Source of the DNA: Octopus bimaculoides | Taxonomy: Eukaryota | Length of the DNA: 64,000 nucleotides | Direction: 5' to 3' | Assembly: GCF_001194135.2 (NCBI RefSeq) | Contig: NC_068984.1 | Coordinates: 70,017,333-70,081,332 of the forward strand | Shown: positions 1 to 11,992 of the stretch, piece after piece | Layout of the letters: each line of letters opens with the position of its first letter | Numbering within the stretch: position 1 is the first letter of the stretch | Program-made: the position numbers and the translations under genes | The notes under the pieces: model-generated | Told to the model about the DNA's origin: nothing | Seen by the model: only the letters and a program-made list of their open reading frames with translations | Databases searched by the model: none

Positions 1-295
1 AAATATTTGAGAGACAACAATGCATAAATCGTAATTTTTAAAAGAGCAATGAATTCTAGGTGAATAGAATATAACGTAGCATGAATTTAGGAAGCTTAGA
101 AAATGAATAAGTATGAATTTAAGACAACAACTGAATTCAATTGAATTTCATGGAGAGAAACAAGATAAATAATAGAGGGCAAACTAAAGCGCGAAGGTAT
201 GAGATGTTTGAGGCCGTAAATAAATAAAAATCTCTATCTTAACTGCATCTTGGAGACTTCGTCGTAGTATGTCAGCGGAGATAATGGATTGAGAG

Positions 296-395
296 TATAT
301 ATATATATATATATATACATATATACATATATATAGATATATATACATGTATAGATATATATATATATATGTATGTATGTATGTAGGTATGCATG
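296..395. repeat. (TA)n/(TATG)n microsatellite
   Basis: Direct reading of the sequence. Confidence 0.9.
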
Positions 396-777
396 TATTA
401 TCGATGTCATATACTTAGTTTATGTTGTTAAATGTTTTTAGGTTGTGGTATTTCATCCAGGGAAGGTTCCTTTAAAGATAAAGAGTATTAACAAATACTA
501 ACTCTATCTGTTTATACTTCAAGCCAGTGATCTGAATTTGCTTTGAGGGTATATCAAGCATATTACACTGATGAGCCAAAATAACAATGAAATATTGACA
601 TTTGTTGTTCTTGTATTCTTGGGTGATTTGTTTTGCCAGACTTTGAAGTATACAGTATTTACTAACACTCTGCATGTTTAAAATAATGTTCTTAAAGTAA
701 CATATGCAGTCTAAAAGTGTTCAGCTACACACGTGGACATTATAGAGCTGCATCAAACTCTAAATTCAAATACATAT

Positions 778-1015
778 TTCTCTTTTATTTTTTACTCATT
801 TCAATAATTAGACTGCGACCATGCTAAGGCATTACCTTGAAGATCTTTTTTTAAAGCCTGCTATTATTCTATCTGTTTCTTTGCCGAACTTCTAAGTTAT
901 GAGGACATAAATAAAACACACTAACATTGGTTGTCATGTGGGAGTGGCAGTAAACACAGTCACAAAGGCACACACACACACACATGCACGCACGTGCGAC
1001 AGGTTCTTTTAGCTT
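778..1015 (-). mobile_element. SINE family A (tRNA-derived, internal microsatellite), degenerate copy
   Basis: Reverse complement resembles the family A 3' half (gactgcgaccatgct..., ...tttgccgaact.ctaagtta) plus a (CA)n core; compare 41434-41932. Confidence 0.65.
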
Positions 1016-1099
1016 CTGATATATACATATATATGTGTATAATTTCTACGAGACTCTCTTTCAGAGAGCTTCAACATTGACTGATCATGACTTCAATAA

Positions 1100-2270
1100 C
1101 ATGGATAGCAACATTAATGGACTTGGTGGTCAAGAACCACAATGACTTACGGTGCCCAGTGAGGCTATGAGTATAATACCAGAAATGATCTTCTGGTGTA
1201 ACAATATGCAGCACACACTTCAAGAAACCAAACAGCCACTTCATCAATTACCAATCTAACCACTACGCATGTCAGATAGATTTCATTCTCACTAGGAGAC
1301 ATGACAGACAAGCCATTGTAAATAACAGAACCTTTCCTATGAAAGAATCTACTACCCAACATAAATTAGAGGCTAGTGACATCAGAGTCTAGCCTAGGCA
1401 ACTCAAGAAACAACATGAAGTAAGACACGGAAGTCAAAAGATCTGATAAATTTAGAGACATTTTAAGTGAAGCATATGACTCTAAAGAGAATTTGTTGTA
1501 TATGAATAGAAGAAACAACAACTGGAAATTCCTACAAGATAATATGCTGAGGGCTACAAACAGGTATAAGGCTAGTGCAAGGTCTCGGCTGAAGTGAAGG
1601 TGATGTAGTGTGGTGGAATAATGCTGTATATAGAGTTGTAAAAGTTAAGAGATAGACTTGGAGAATATGGATGGAAGGTGGTAGTGAAAAACATTATAAA
1701 GAAGCTAGGAAGGAAACCAAATTTCAGGTTTGCTTAACTAGGAGAGAAGCAAGAAAAATAGATTTTTATTTGTTGTATGACATGAAAATCAGAGACATGT
1801 GAGAAGTACGTCCAAAATGATTTGCTATTGCTGCTGATGACAAGATAGAGGCATGAGAGTACTATTATGAAAGTCTCCTGAAAATGGGAGCTGCATATGA
1901 TGAAGAGGGGCTACCTCAGACTGATCATACAATTCAATATGACAATAGTGTGGTAAATAAAGTACTTCAGGGCATGAAGGTAGAAAGCTTCTGGCTCATC
2001 ACTGATAATCATGTAAATAATTTAATCAAATAATATGGGGAGGTGTTTCATCCAATAACTCCTACTTCAGTATCATTACAAGTTGCTACAAGGGTAAAAG
2101 AGGTGCTCTAGAGAGAGCAAGTGGTTTAGAAGTATCAAACTATAGGGAGTTTTCAAGAAGTTGTTCTACTTTTATTAGGAAAAAACCTGCTGTGTCTCCT
2201 CCAATACTCTATGATTTCTAAAAAGAGGACAGAAGATATTAGATAGCACTCTCTCAGAGAGATGGTCACA
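1100..2270 (+). mobile_element. Degenerate RTE-clade LINE (APE endonuclease to start of RT), many stops/frameshifts
   Basis: cagatagatttcattctcactagg (QIDFILTR) and the following sequence align by eye with the better-preserved RTE copy at 53255-54777 (cagattgatttcattttcaccagg; WWNN motif at ~1610 vs ~54000). Confidence 0.75.
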
Positions 2271-2725
2271 TATTGAATGTTTTTGATCACAAGCCATTTT
2301 GATTGATATTAACTTGAAAAGTAGTCATTAATATTATTTTAATTTGCCAAGTGATTGATTAACAAAACTTTTAGAATGTCAAACGAATGTCCTTAAGTAG
2401 ACTTTTATATTGTAAGTATAATTCCCTCCAAGGTCACCACTAACTTCAATTTTCTAGGGTTGCAAATAAAGTATCTGTCAAGCATTGAAGTAAATTTATT
2501 CAGCTACAACTCTTTCCAAAATTACCTGGGTTTTACTAATGCCAGTAATCAATCTTATCCTAGTTTATTACCTGCTCATGTGGATGGTGGTTTGGAATAG
2601 TCATTTGGACCTGAGGCTAAGTCTCTTACAATATTTATTTAAGTTAATCTCTACATTAATATTGGTTTCAGATTTTGGCACAAGGCCTTTAACTTAAGAA
2701 GAGGGTTTAATTCGATTGTATCACC

Positions 2726-2813
2726 CCACATGCAAATGGCATAGTGGTTAAGAGCACAGGCTACTAACCCCAAGATTCTGAGTTCGATTCCAAGCAGTGA
2801 CCTGAACAATAAC

Positions 2814-2844
<31 letters not shown>

Positions 2845-2990
2845 TCGAAAAATACCCTAGGAATGAGAATCCAGGTTCGAAATTTCCCCAAGACACCTGA
2901 TGAAGGCTGGACGGTATATCAGCTGAAACGTTGTGTTAACAACAAACAAGATGAGGACAAATAACCGTCAAATGTAAATAATGTAAATAT
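2726..2990 (+). mobile_element. tRNA-headed SINE (family H) with (AAT)n linker and hammerhead-bearing PLE-like tail
   Basis: A-box TGGCATAGTGG at 2737-2747, B-box GTTCGATTCC at 2782-2791, (AAT)n ~2807-2842, then tail; second copy in reverse at 15495-15780. Confidence 0.8.
2892..2937 (+). ncRNA. Putative minimal type-I hammerhead ribozyme motif
   Basis: GACAC-CTGATGA-A-GGCTG-(10 nt)-CAGCT-GAAAC-GTT-GTGTT: both core boxes intact, stem I GACAC/GTGTT, stem II GGCTG/CAGCT, stem III reduced to the ACGT palindrome (would need a dimer). Confidence 0.6.
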
Positions 2991-3130
2991 CTGGTATTTA
3001 CTTGATCAACCTCAAAAAGATGAAAGGCAAAGTCGATCCTGGTAGCATTCGAACTCCGAACATAATGACAGACAAAACACTGCAAAGCATTTTGCTGTGC
3101 CTGCTAATGATTCCGCCAGCTCACTGCCTT
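2990..3130 (-). mobile_element. SINE family B (tRNA head + conserved ctttcatcc...gtcgataaa core)
   Basis: gatgaaaggcaaagtcga...gccagctcactgcctt is the reverse complement of the copies at 30960, 31196 and 39750. Confidence 0.75.
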
Positions 3131-3764
3131 AATCTCAATATAAATATTGAGATTAACATTTACTTTCATCACTACGGAGTTGATAAAATTACTACCAATC
3201 AAATACTGTGGGTTGATATGATTGACTGTAACCACTCCCAGGATTTTGTGTCTTGTGCTTGCATTATAAATCATTATTAATCTGCTCATGTTTTATTCTC
3301 CTTATCTTGGCTTGTTATTAGATTTACATAGGTTATTATTATTAAAGACATTTCTAGTTTAGACAGTTTATCACAGAAGTCATCTATACATACCATAAAC
3401 ATAATTGATAGTAAGCTATAAACAATAGAAAAATGAAAACAGCCACCACCTCCACCATGGGCTATTGTTTTTACAGTCCAAGACAAGTGTCTCCTATTTT
3501 TCATTACATTCTTCATCAGGGTCTCCACAGAATTACCAGATGTTTGTTTCCTCATGATAAAACTTGCAATGTAACTTATACACTCTACTATAATATTTTA
3601 TTGTATGAAGATATGAAATGGATATTTCTGAGTTACTTGCAATCATCTTAGTTATTTTCTCATTCACGTTTTTATAGTTTACATTATTGACAATCTCATA
3701 ATTCAGATGGAAAAAAAAATACTATAAAACAAATAAAAGCATCTACAATTGTCTATTACACACA

Positions 3765-3973
3765 CTCACACACACACATGCACATGCACACACACATACA
3801 CACACATGTATGTGTATATATGTATATATTCTAATTGTCATATTATCTTTATTATTGACATTTGGTATATCTTCTGCTGATGAAAATATTCCAAGCTTAC
3901 CATGCTCATACTCAGAGATATGCAGATATACATGCTTGCATACAAGCACACACATGCATGCTAACGCACACAT

Positions 3974-4028
<55 letters not shown>
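3765..4028. repeat. Compound (CA)n microsatellites
   Basis: Direct reading of the sequence. Confidence 0.85.
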
Positions 4029-4031
<3 letters not shown>

Positions 4032-5389
4032 ATATTTCCTTAACCTTCAAAACAGCACAGTTATTAATATTGTTGATACTGTGTAGATCCAATCGATTAC
4101 ACTTAAACAGACTTACACATTTCAGAGAACACTATTCAAAGATCAGTTGGTCAGCATTCTACCCCACTTTTGGAGAGGTGGGACTTGCTGTTCAAAGATT
4201 TCAGAGTTTAAACACATGTTATTCATTCTAAAAATGTCGGGGTCCTCTTGCATTGAAGATATTCAACAATGATGTTTGTTGACTTCTCATATTAGTTATA
4301 GCAGTATGAGAGAATTATGACAGCCAAAACCCCAAAGAAGGAAAATAATTAAAGTTACACTTGGTGGCCAAGAGAGATGAACAACAGGATGAATTGTTTA
4401 AATGCTAATGATAGTAAAAATACAAGATCAAAGCAAGAAGCTAGATGGTTGACATTGAAGCCTTTTAATTACGAATGTTTGAGGAAATAAATGACTACTT
4501 TGATGTGAAAATTCTGCAGAGGAATGAAATAGTTTAGAGCAGATCAAGTGAGCATTAATACAAATCAATCACAACACTGCTAAACCATATTAACAGTGGC
4601 TTGCTGTTAGCAGCACTGACAAAACCATGTTGGTGTTGATAATCTTCAAGACTACTATAAACAAAACTAGGAATAAAAGAAAGACAGCAAACAACAATGT
4701 TATAACGAAAGTCACATCAATAATACAACAACATTGATTGATATATTGTTTGATTCCCTACTTTGATTGGGTATTGGTAACAAAAGCTGTACTTGTATAT
4801 GTTTGTTTGAAGAGAAGTTTACTACTGTACAAATACATGGAGTAGATACTATTGTTATTGTTGTTGTTATTCCTCAACTTCAGATCAGTCTTGTTTGAGT
4901 AGAACAATGATTAAAAGCATTTCATTTATGACCATCACGTCTAAATTTTATGTAGAGTCTATCTAGAAATGCATTATTCAATGTGGTTTCCTTTTTTTTT
5001 TTCTTTTTTTAATAAGTTTAGTGTCAGTTGTGAGCTATTTCACTGCTATTTCTAGCTGTTCTAGCACCATATTATTCAATAAGTTATCCTTTATTTAAGA
5101 TCGTAATGTAAGTATTGAGGGATATTTGGCTGTTATTTCTCATAGGTCTTGTCACAATCTAATGGCTTTACTGTTGGCTTAAAGAAATATGTGAAATATC
5201 GCAGTACAATGGACTCATTTTTTTTTCTAGTTTTCCTTTTATCTTAATTCACTATTGTTGCTTAGAGTGGTTCAAATATTTCCATGCTTCCAGCTACATG
5301 CCACACCTTATTCCAATCTTGTTTGATATATTTCCATTACAATAGTTTAGTTCTTTGCCATTGTGATGCAGTAGGAATATTGCCGAATA

Positions 5390-5890
5390 GATTCAATTGT
5401 GTGCATGGGAATGAATATAGCAAATGACTTTGACCTGTGTAATAATATTTTACTTGAACTAAATGCCATGTCAAAATAATATTAAATGTAGGTGGCATAG
5501 TAGTAGTGGTGTAGATGTCTCCAAAATATAGCATCTGATATGGCTTATTGTCCAGCATGATTACAATTTGTCCATCATGATAGCAGTGAACAGCTAAGCC
5601 CACTCTGCACTGAACAATAATGGTATAGATAAGTGGAATTTGTCTTAGGTCTTTCTGTTGTGGCATATGATGTTTTGAGTGCCCATGTAACGGGCTTGGC
5701 ATAGATAACATCAAGATGATCTTGAAATTCCTTCATAGTCCAACATTCAGTTCTATACAGAAGAATACGCTCTGTGCAAGCTATGCAGGTAGTTTGTTTC
5801 GTTGATTTTGAAGTATTTGAGTGTGAGATGTTTTGAAGTTCATTACAGGTTTCCACATCTAATAACGGTGAAGACCTTTCAGCTGTGTTT
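5390..5890 (-). mobile_element. Degenerate RTE-type LINE, RT C-terminal/thumb region
   Basis: Minus-strand translation ACTERILLYRTECWTMKEFQDHLDVIYAK...ALK resembles the RTE motif ACVESILLYGxExWTL...LDGxY; next frame RVGLAVHC resembles RRLxLAGHC. Confidence 0.65.
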
Positions 5891-5974
5891 GTAGGACCTA
5901 ACAAAGCTAGAGAGGTGATAGTGATTCCTGGTGTGGCATGGTGAAATGCACTTCAGTTGCAGCTGCTTGATGAA

Positions 5975-5984
5975 GAGTAGTAGC

Positions 5985-6036
<52 letters not shown>

Positions 6037-6095
6037 ATAGCAGCAGCAACAGCAGCAGCAGCAGCAGTAGCAGTTGCAGTAGTAGCAGCAGCAGC
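5975..6095. repeat. Compound (TAG)n/(CAG)n trinucleotide microsatellite
   Basis: Direct reading of the sequence. Confidence 0.9.
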
Positions 6096-6279
6096 ATGAA
6101 ATGAGTGCTGTGTTAGAATTTCTTTAGCCTTGCAACAGAGTGTCCAGATAACTAACAAAAATATAGTTGAGATTATTTACATAAAGTTGATGTTTTGAGT
6201 TTACAGGCTTAGCTGCCAAGAGCATGTCCTAGTTTCTGAGACATTTAGGTGACTGCCCACTGAATGGAATATCAGTCTT

Positions 6280-6460
6280 TCATAGGGTTAACTCCTATCT
6301 GCTACAGCTACTCATTATCAGGTGAATGGCTTGCTGGAATGCGAAATGAAATGTCATGCAAATGCCTCGAGTGCACATGGCACCAACTGGTCCAGGCCAA
6401 GATTAGAACCTATGACCTGATAATTATGGGCCGAAAGTTTTAACCTTTAGACCTCATACC
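6280..6460 (-). mobile_element. Degenerate tRNA-derived SINE
   Basis: Reverse-oriented tRNA-like head (...agaacctatgacctgataattatgggccgaaagttttaacc...) followed by a CORE-like segment; similar to 18780-19090. Confidence 0.45.
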
Positions 6461-7551
6461 TTCAGGATTAGGTTATATATATTGACCATCTATAATTATT
6501 TAGCAAACACCAAGAAAATGCTGCAGAAATAAATGAATATGTGTTCTAAAATATCAACATAGCTACTATTTGGAGAACAATGAAGTAGACAGAGTGAATA
6601 TGAATTATCCCAGAAGGGAAGTGGTAGCAAGATATAGAAGACAATGAAGGAAGAAGAAGCCAGAGTAGAGGGAAATGAAGTTGTGAGAGATGGAAATTGA
6701 AAATAAAGTAACATATTCAATGTTGTCATTTGTTTAGCTTCAGGCCAGATCAGAGAAAAAATCAGAACAAAAAAGTAAAAGACTTTCCAACCATGACCAC
6801 CATGACTACATTTTTTTTAGACTATGTATCTATGTCTTTCTATTTTACTAAGATGATGGAGTGTACAAAAGTAATTTGCTGTTATTTCTAGCAGGTTGAA
6901 TAGGTGTGTAGAGGATCCTCTTCTTATTTGACCTTTTCCTGTGTTGTTGTCGCTGCTGCTTTTGTTATTGTTGTTGTTGTTGATGTTGTTTTGCCCCAAG
7001 GTCAGTTATGGTGCAGCAAATGTACAATCAAAACCATTCCAGCAGTGACCATTCTATCAACCCATACATAGTGCATCTCAGACTCCATTATCCAGTGTCT
7101 CAACTTTACTTTTAAAATACATTGAGGATGATTTAGCTGTAGCTTTTAGCTAATCAAGCAACCGCATACAAGCTCTCTCATTGTCTTGAATCTTTTGTGT
7201 GTTTTGAAATGATGAAGTCAGGTGTTTATAGTTGCATTGTGAAATGGATGTAGATCTTTGGAAAGGAAAAATATATGTTTTATAATAAGACACCAAACAG
7301 ATTGTTAAAATGGCAGTTTTAACATTGTTAATGTACACAATATTTGTGAAAGCATGTCTTGAATGCCTAAAATGTAAAGAATATTTAAAAATGCCTTTTA
7401 CGTCAAACATTTTGCATTACAGTTTGACAGTGAAAAGGCATTTAATATTTTCTTGTTATGATAACTCTGGAAGGTAAATTATGAAGAACCTTAAGACAAA
7501 GGAAGGAAAAGAACTAACAACAACAACAACAATAATAATGATGATGATGAT

Positions 7552-8150
7552 GGTCGTGAAACTACAAGTTGTCGCGACATGATCAGGTAGAGAAAGTGCT
7601 ACATTGGAAACTGTGTGCAAAGTGGGGTCTAGAGAGAGGCAAGACGTGGTATGAGCACCATCCGAAGAGAGTAGCAGAGTCAAAGACTAGCAAAATCCTC
7701 TGGCATTTCCCAATCCAAACAGATCAGGTGCAAGAGCATAACAGACCAGACCTAGTGGTGGTGGACAAGGTGCACCACATATGCTGTATAGTTGATATTG
7801 CATACACCTTAGATCCATGAACAGTCTAGAAGGGAGGTGAAAAGATAGATTAATACAACCCTATTAAGTACGAAATAGCCCGGCTAGAGAAAATGTAAAA
7901 GGTGAAGATAATGCCAATTAGTGTTGGGTCCTTGGAAACATTGTCAGAAAGCATCAAGGGGAATATAAAGGAAATTGGAATAGAGTGCCCAGAAGAACTG
8001 TTACATAAGTTCTGCCTCCTTGGCATGGCCAGAATAATCAGGAAGGTATTAGCTGTAAAGAATGGATAACATGGTAACATAGGCTGCAGGTAGCATGCCT
8101 GCCATGCATGCAAGACTCCAGGAATTCCAACAAAACCTGTGATAAAGAGA
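7552..8150 (+). mobile_element. R4/Dong-clade non-LTR retrotransposon 3' end (restriction-like endonuclease domain + 3' UTR), 5'-truncated
   Basis: RHDQVEKVLHWKLC...WYEHHP...KILWHFPIQTD...HNRPDLVVVDK...IVDIA then KFCLLGMARIIRKVL, the characteristic R4/Dong C-terminus; flanked by an AAC/AAT/GAT repeat on the left and (TAA)n on the right. Confidence 0.85.
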
Positions 8151-8157
8151 AATAATG

Positions 8158-8200
<43 letters not shown>

Positions 8201-8210
8201 TAATAATAAT
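8151..8210. repeat. (TAA)n microsatellite at the 3' end of the Dong element
   Basis: Direct reading of the sequence. Confidence 0.9.
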
Positions 8211-8299
8211 TCTCAAACTTCTATGAGCTGGTAGAAGTGCTAGCACACCAGGCAAAATGCTTAGCGGCATTTCATCAGTTAAGCTTTAGAGTCACTGGT

Positions 8300-9040
8300 A
8301 AGGGATAAGATATCTAGAAGGAACTATGGTAGAAAATGAGGATAAAGCAGTCCATCATTGAGATCAGAAAACATTAATATCCTAGAAAGGAAAAAAAGAG
8401 ATGAATTTTGGAAGAAAGAGAAGTATTTTGATTTGGAGAAGTATGCGGTGAAGAGAAACGGAATCAAAGTTGTGATTGAGGAACTGGAAGAGAGGATGAA
8501 CACTAAAGTTTATAGACTGAAGAAATACAGAGATTTTAGCAGTACAGGTTAAACAGACATTTTGATCAAGACAGAAACGAATTTATCAGAAACTAAATGG
8601 AAAAGAAAAAGTTGAAAATGCTGTGCCAAATGTTGAGGAGAGCAAAAGATTCTGGTTGAACATATGGCCTTAGAAGAAACAGCACAAAACTGAAGTGAAG
8701 GGATTATGGGCACTCAAACAAGAGAAAGAGTGTATTAGTAGGAGAATTTGAGAATTACTGAATAAATGGCTGGAGATCAGAACAAGAAATTACCTAACTG
8801 GATAGCATATGATCTAGATGGGATTCATGGTTATTGGCTTAAGAACTTAAAAGTACTACACAAAAGAATTTTGAGACAGATGGACAAAATGATGAGTAAT
8901 GTGATCCAGGTGCCAGCCTTGACGACAAAAGGTAGAATGGTATTGTGTCAAAAGGATCCAAATAAAGGAAATGTGGTAGGAAATTTTTGACCAATATTGT
9001 TTTGCCACTTATGTGGAAATTGATGACAAGCAGCATTTAC
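8300..9040 (+). mobile_element. R4/Dong-clade LINE fragment (region upstream of RT and start of RT)
   Basis: LPNWIAYDLDGIHGYWLKNLKVLHKRI...TTKGRMVLCQKDPNKGNVVGNF resembles WKAPGPDGIHGYWLK...GRTxLxxKD...NYRPI of RLE-LINE RT; disrupted by stops and frameshifts. Confidence 0.8.
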
Positions 9041-9049
9041 AACTATATG

Positions 9050-9165
9050 GATTTTCAACTATGCCTTGGGACATAGTAGAAGGCACTTGTCCAATGTGCC
9101 ACACAATAGGACTGAACTTGAAACCATGTTATAGGGAAGCAATGTACTTAAACATACTGCCATGT
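9050..9165 (-). mobile_element. SINE family A head fragment
   Basis: Reverse complement of the catggc...cttccc...ttcagtcc...ttggacaagtgccttctactat head. Confidence 0.6.
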
Positions 9166-10303
9166 CTGCACCTGTATGTATATCACACATATACTTTGCA
9201 AGAAATTTGATCCAAAATGATTTGATATGGAGAGAGAGGTTTGTTAAATGTGACTTAACAAATTTCAGAAATATGATGGAAAACATATTCTGTTGATTAT
9301 CAAAAAGAATGATGGTATGAATGATTGTGTTTCTTTGGGCATATGATGAAATGGGACAATGACCGCAGCATGAATAATCCTAGGTACTAAATCTAGTTGG
9401 TGCTTTTGGAACACAGAAAATATGCAGCTTCAAATGAAGTCAAACAAGAGAATATTCAGCCTTTGTGAATGAAGGAATAACACAGTAGTTATTTCCCTTA
9501 CTGTAAACATATCCAATTATTGTCAGTATTCAAAAACGATTAACATAGTTGCATTGGTGGTGATCATTGTCGTCATCGTGTATTTACATTGTACATTTGT
9601 GTGTGTGTGTGTGTTTAAATGATATAAACATGACTCTCCCCAGAGTATGGCAATAAAAATCTGTATCTGTGATTAAACATAACTATAAAGCTTACATTCA
9701 TTGAAATAAACTGATTGTGCTTTACATGATGGAAGTTATCTATCATTAAGTACACATCCTTATAAATTATTGCTGATTTGTCAACTTTGATTTGTCAAAA
9801 TATTTTCATAAAAAGCCCAGCACACAACCCCCAGTTAGTGTTTCACTGAGAATTGTATCTTATCTTAGTCGTTCAATCAATATGACTTGCTAAAACAGTA
9901 AAACTAATGTTCAGCTATATACCTTTTCTTTTTCTATTCTATTGTAGAATAGCAGATATTTAAAAAAAAGCAAAACATATAAAGGAAAGGAAGTTATCTA
10001 TGTCTGTGGCAAATATAGTTTCTCAACATACTGTCTCATTGAGGAAAAAAAAATCATCTTCAAACTCATACATTTTCCAAAAAGAAATATTAACGCCATT
10101 GTGTTTCCATTGTTGTCGTTTTTTTTTTTTTTAACACTCAACGAACAGTATTATGCCTTGCTGTTACAAAGCTTGCATCACATTATCCATTCTGCACTGA
10201 TGCACAGATTCTCTGGTTTGCCAATTAAACTTTCTGCATGAAAAAATCTTCCAGTATTAATGTTATCTACCGAATATAACTTACCAAAGCTACAATCTCT
10301 CAC

Positions 10304-10476
10304 CGCTTGCCTGATGGAATGGAATTATATCTAATAAAATCCCCAATGATGGGATGTGGAGATGAGGGGGTTGGTTGGAGAAACACGGGGAAACTATAAA
10401 CAGCAACAACAATAAAAATGAAAATAAGAAGAATAGAAATAACAACTATGGTTAATTTGGTGCCTGCTTCAAAGAC
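10304..10476 (-). CDS. Candidate isolated exon encoding a hydrophobic (transmembrane-like) segment; unverified
   Basis: Long polypyrimidine tract + AG acceptor, open frame VFEAGTKLTIVVISILLIFIFIVVAVYSFPVFLQPTPSSPHPIIGDFIRYNSIPSGK, GT donor (GCG|gtgaga). No recognised homology. Confidence 0.25.
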
Positions 10477-11734
10477 CTTATGTTGTAAAACAAAACCAAA
10501 AAAAAAAGACAAAAAGTAAGTCATATAACAATGCTTTGTGAAGCTTTTAACATTGTTAAAATATAAAATAAATAAAGAAAAAATATTAAAATAACACTGA
10601 ATAAGCAATTTAGCAAGAAATATGTATGGCTATATACTTTTGTGGATACGATACCCATTTCAAAGTAAACCAGATCGTAATGGGTTCATTCTTGTCCATC
10701 TGTGGAATCCTGATGAAATTTTCTTTTTTTTCCTTTTTAACACACACTTTATGGGCACTGAAGAAACAACCAATTCAATTCAATTTTATTGTCACTGTAT
10801 ACAAATGCAATGATAAATCATTGCATAATACTAATATACTCTAGTGATTTAGAAAATCAAACCACTATACCGTGTATGTATATGTGCTATGTGCTTAACA
10901 GTTCATATAAATTGATGCTCTGAGTCTTGGCTCACTTGTTGAATATTCAAATAACACTAACAGAACAAATTTCTTTTGGTTATGTCATTCCTACATTTTT
11001 TTTTTTCATCTTTAGCTTTTGGTTTAATGCTTCAATTTGAAGCTATTTTTCTTTTTTTCTTTTTTTTTTCTTTATTCTCTTCTAGATAACAAATAGAAGA
11101 CTTTTCTTTTTGTCTCTTATTTCAGTCTTGAAATAAGAAAATAATGTTAATTCAAAATAAGCAATTTCCTTAAAAGTTTGTGTTTCAGCAATTGGGATTC
11201 TTTCTCGTTTTCTTTTTCTTTGTTTTTTATCATTTCCAAGTAATTTTTTCTCATATAATCATAATCATAACTATAAAAAACTAACAAAAGAAAGCAAACA
11301 TACCGTTGGTAATATCACCATCAGTTATAATAATTTTTGTAATGATTATAATTATTACTATCATTCTAATCTTTCTTATTTTATCAAGCCAATAGAGGAG
11401 CTGCTATATGTTTGCTCAGCCTGCAAGAAATGGCAGCCAAAGGCATTTTAATTACACCCAAATGTCTTTAAAAAGAAGGCACATATAATATATTCCTAAG
11501 ACGATGGAATGGTTATAGTTGAACAGATCTTTGATCTTAGGTTTACTCAACCAGATCTGACTCAGTGCTGATCACCTCGTACAACAATAATAATAGCCTC
11601 TAACCTAAATTATTTAGCTATTTATTGCTTTTATTTAGCAGTTCCTGGTGATGGCATACAAATTAAGAAAAAAGAAAAAACAAAAGACAGAAAAGAATCA
11701 CTAGCAACAGATTGCTAATATTTTAATGTCTGAA

Positions 11735-11992
11735 GTTAACAACTAATGAATTTAGAGATGCAAGAAAAATAATAGTTAAGGTAGTGTTAACATTTTAATG
11801 CAGCAAACGTTAAAAAGTTAACTAGAAAAATTTATGCAGTGAGGTAAAACAGACTAATATTATTTTGATTTTATTAGTCATTAAATTAAAATTAAAATGA
11901 TATTAGTAATTGACTAAAACTAATTTTTTTCCTCATTGCATAATTATTTCTAGTTAGTTTCTTTTAATATTTCTTGCATTAAATTCGTTAAC
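11735..11992. repeat. Degenerate AT-rich foldback/MITE-like inverted repeat
   Basis: Left ...taactagaaaaatttatgcagtgagg... matches the reverse complement of right ...cctcattgcataattatttctagtta...; ends gttaac/gttaac. Confidence 0.5.

Noticed and set aside
2735-2800. tRNA gene calls for the tRNA-like heads (also at 19334, 36348, 41434, 19090)
   Set aside because: No complete cloverleaf or acceptor stem; each continues into SINE body sequence.
3810-4043. Signal-peptide-like ORF (ILIVILSLLLTFGISSADENIP...)
   Set aside because: Starts and ends in CA/TA microsatellites, ends in a poly-HT tail, and has no splice or homology support; hydrophobicity is expected from T-rich DNA.
5879-6158. Poly-Leu / poly-Thr/Ala ORFs (also 43601-43813, 62891-63115)
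   Set aside because: Translations of trinucleotide microsatellites.
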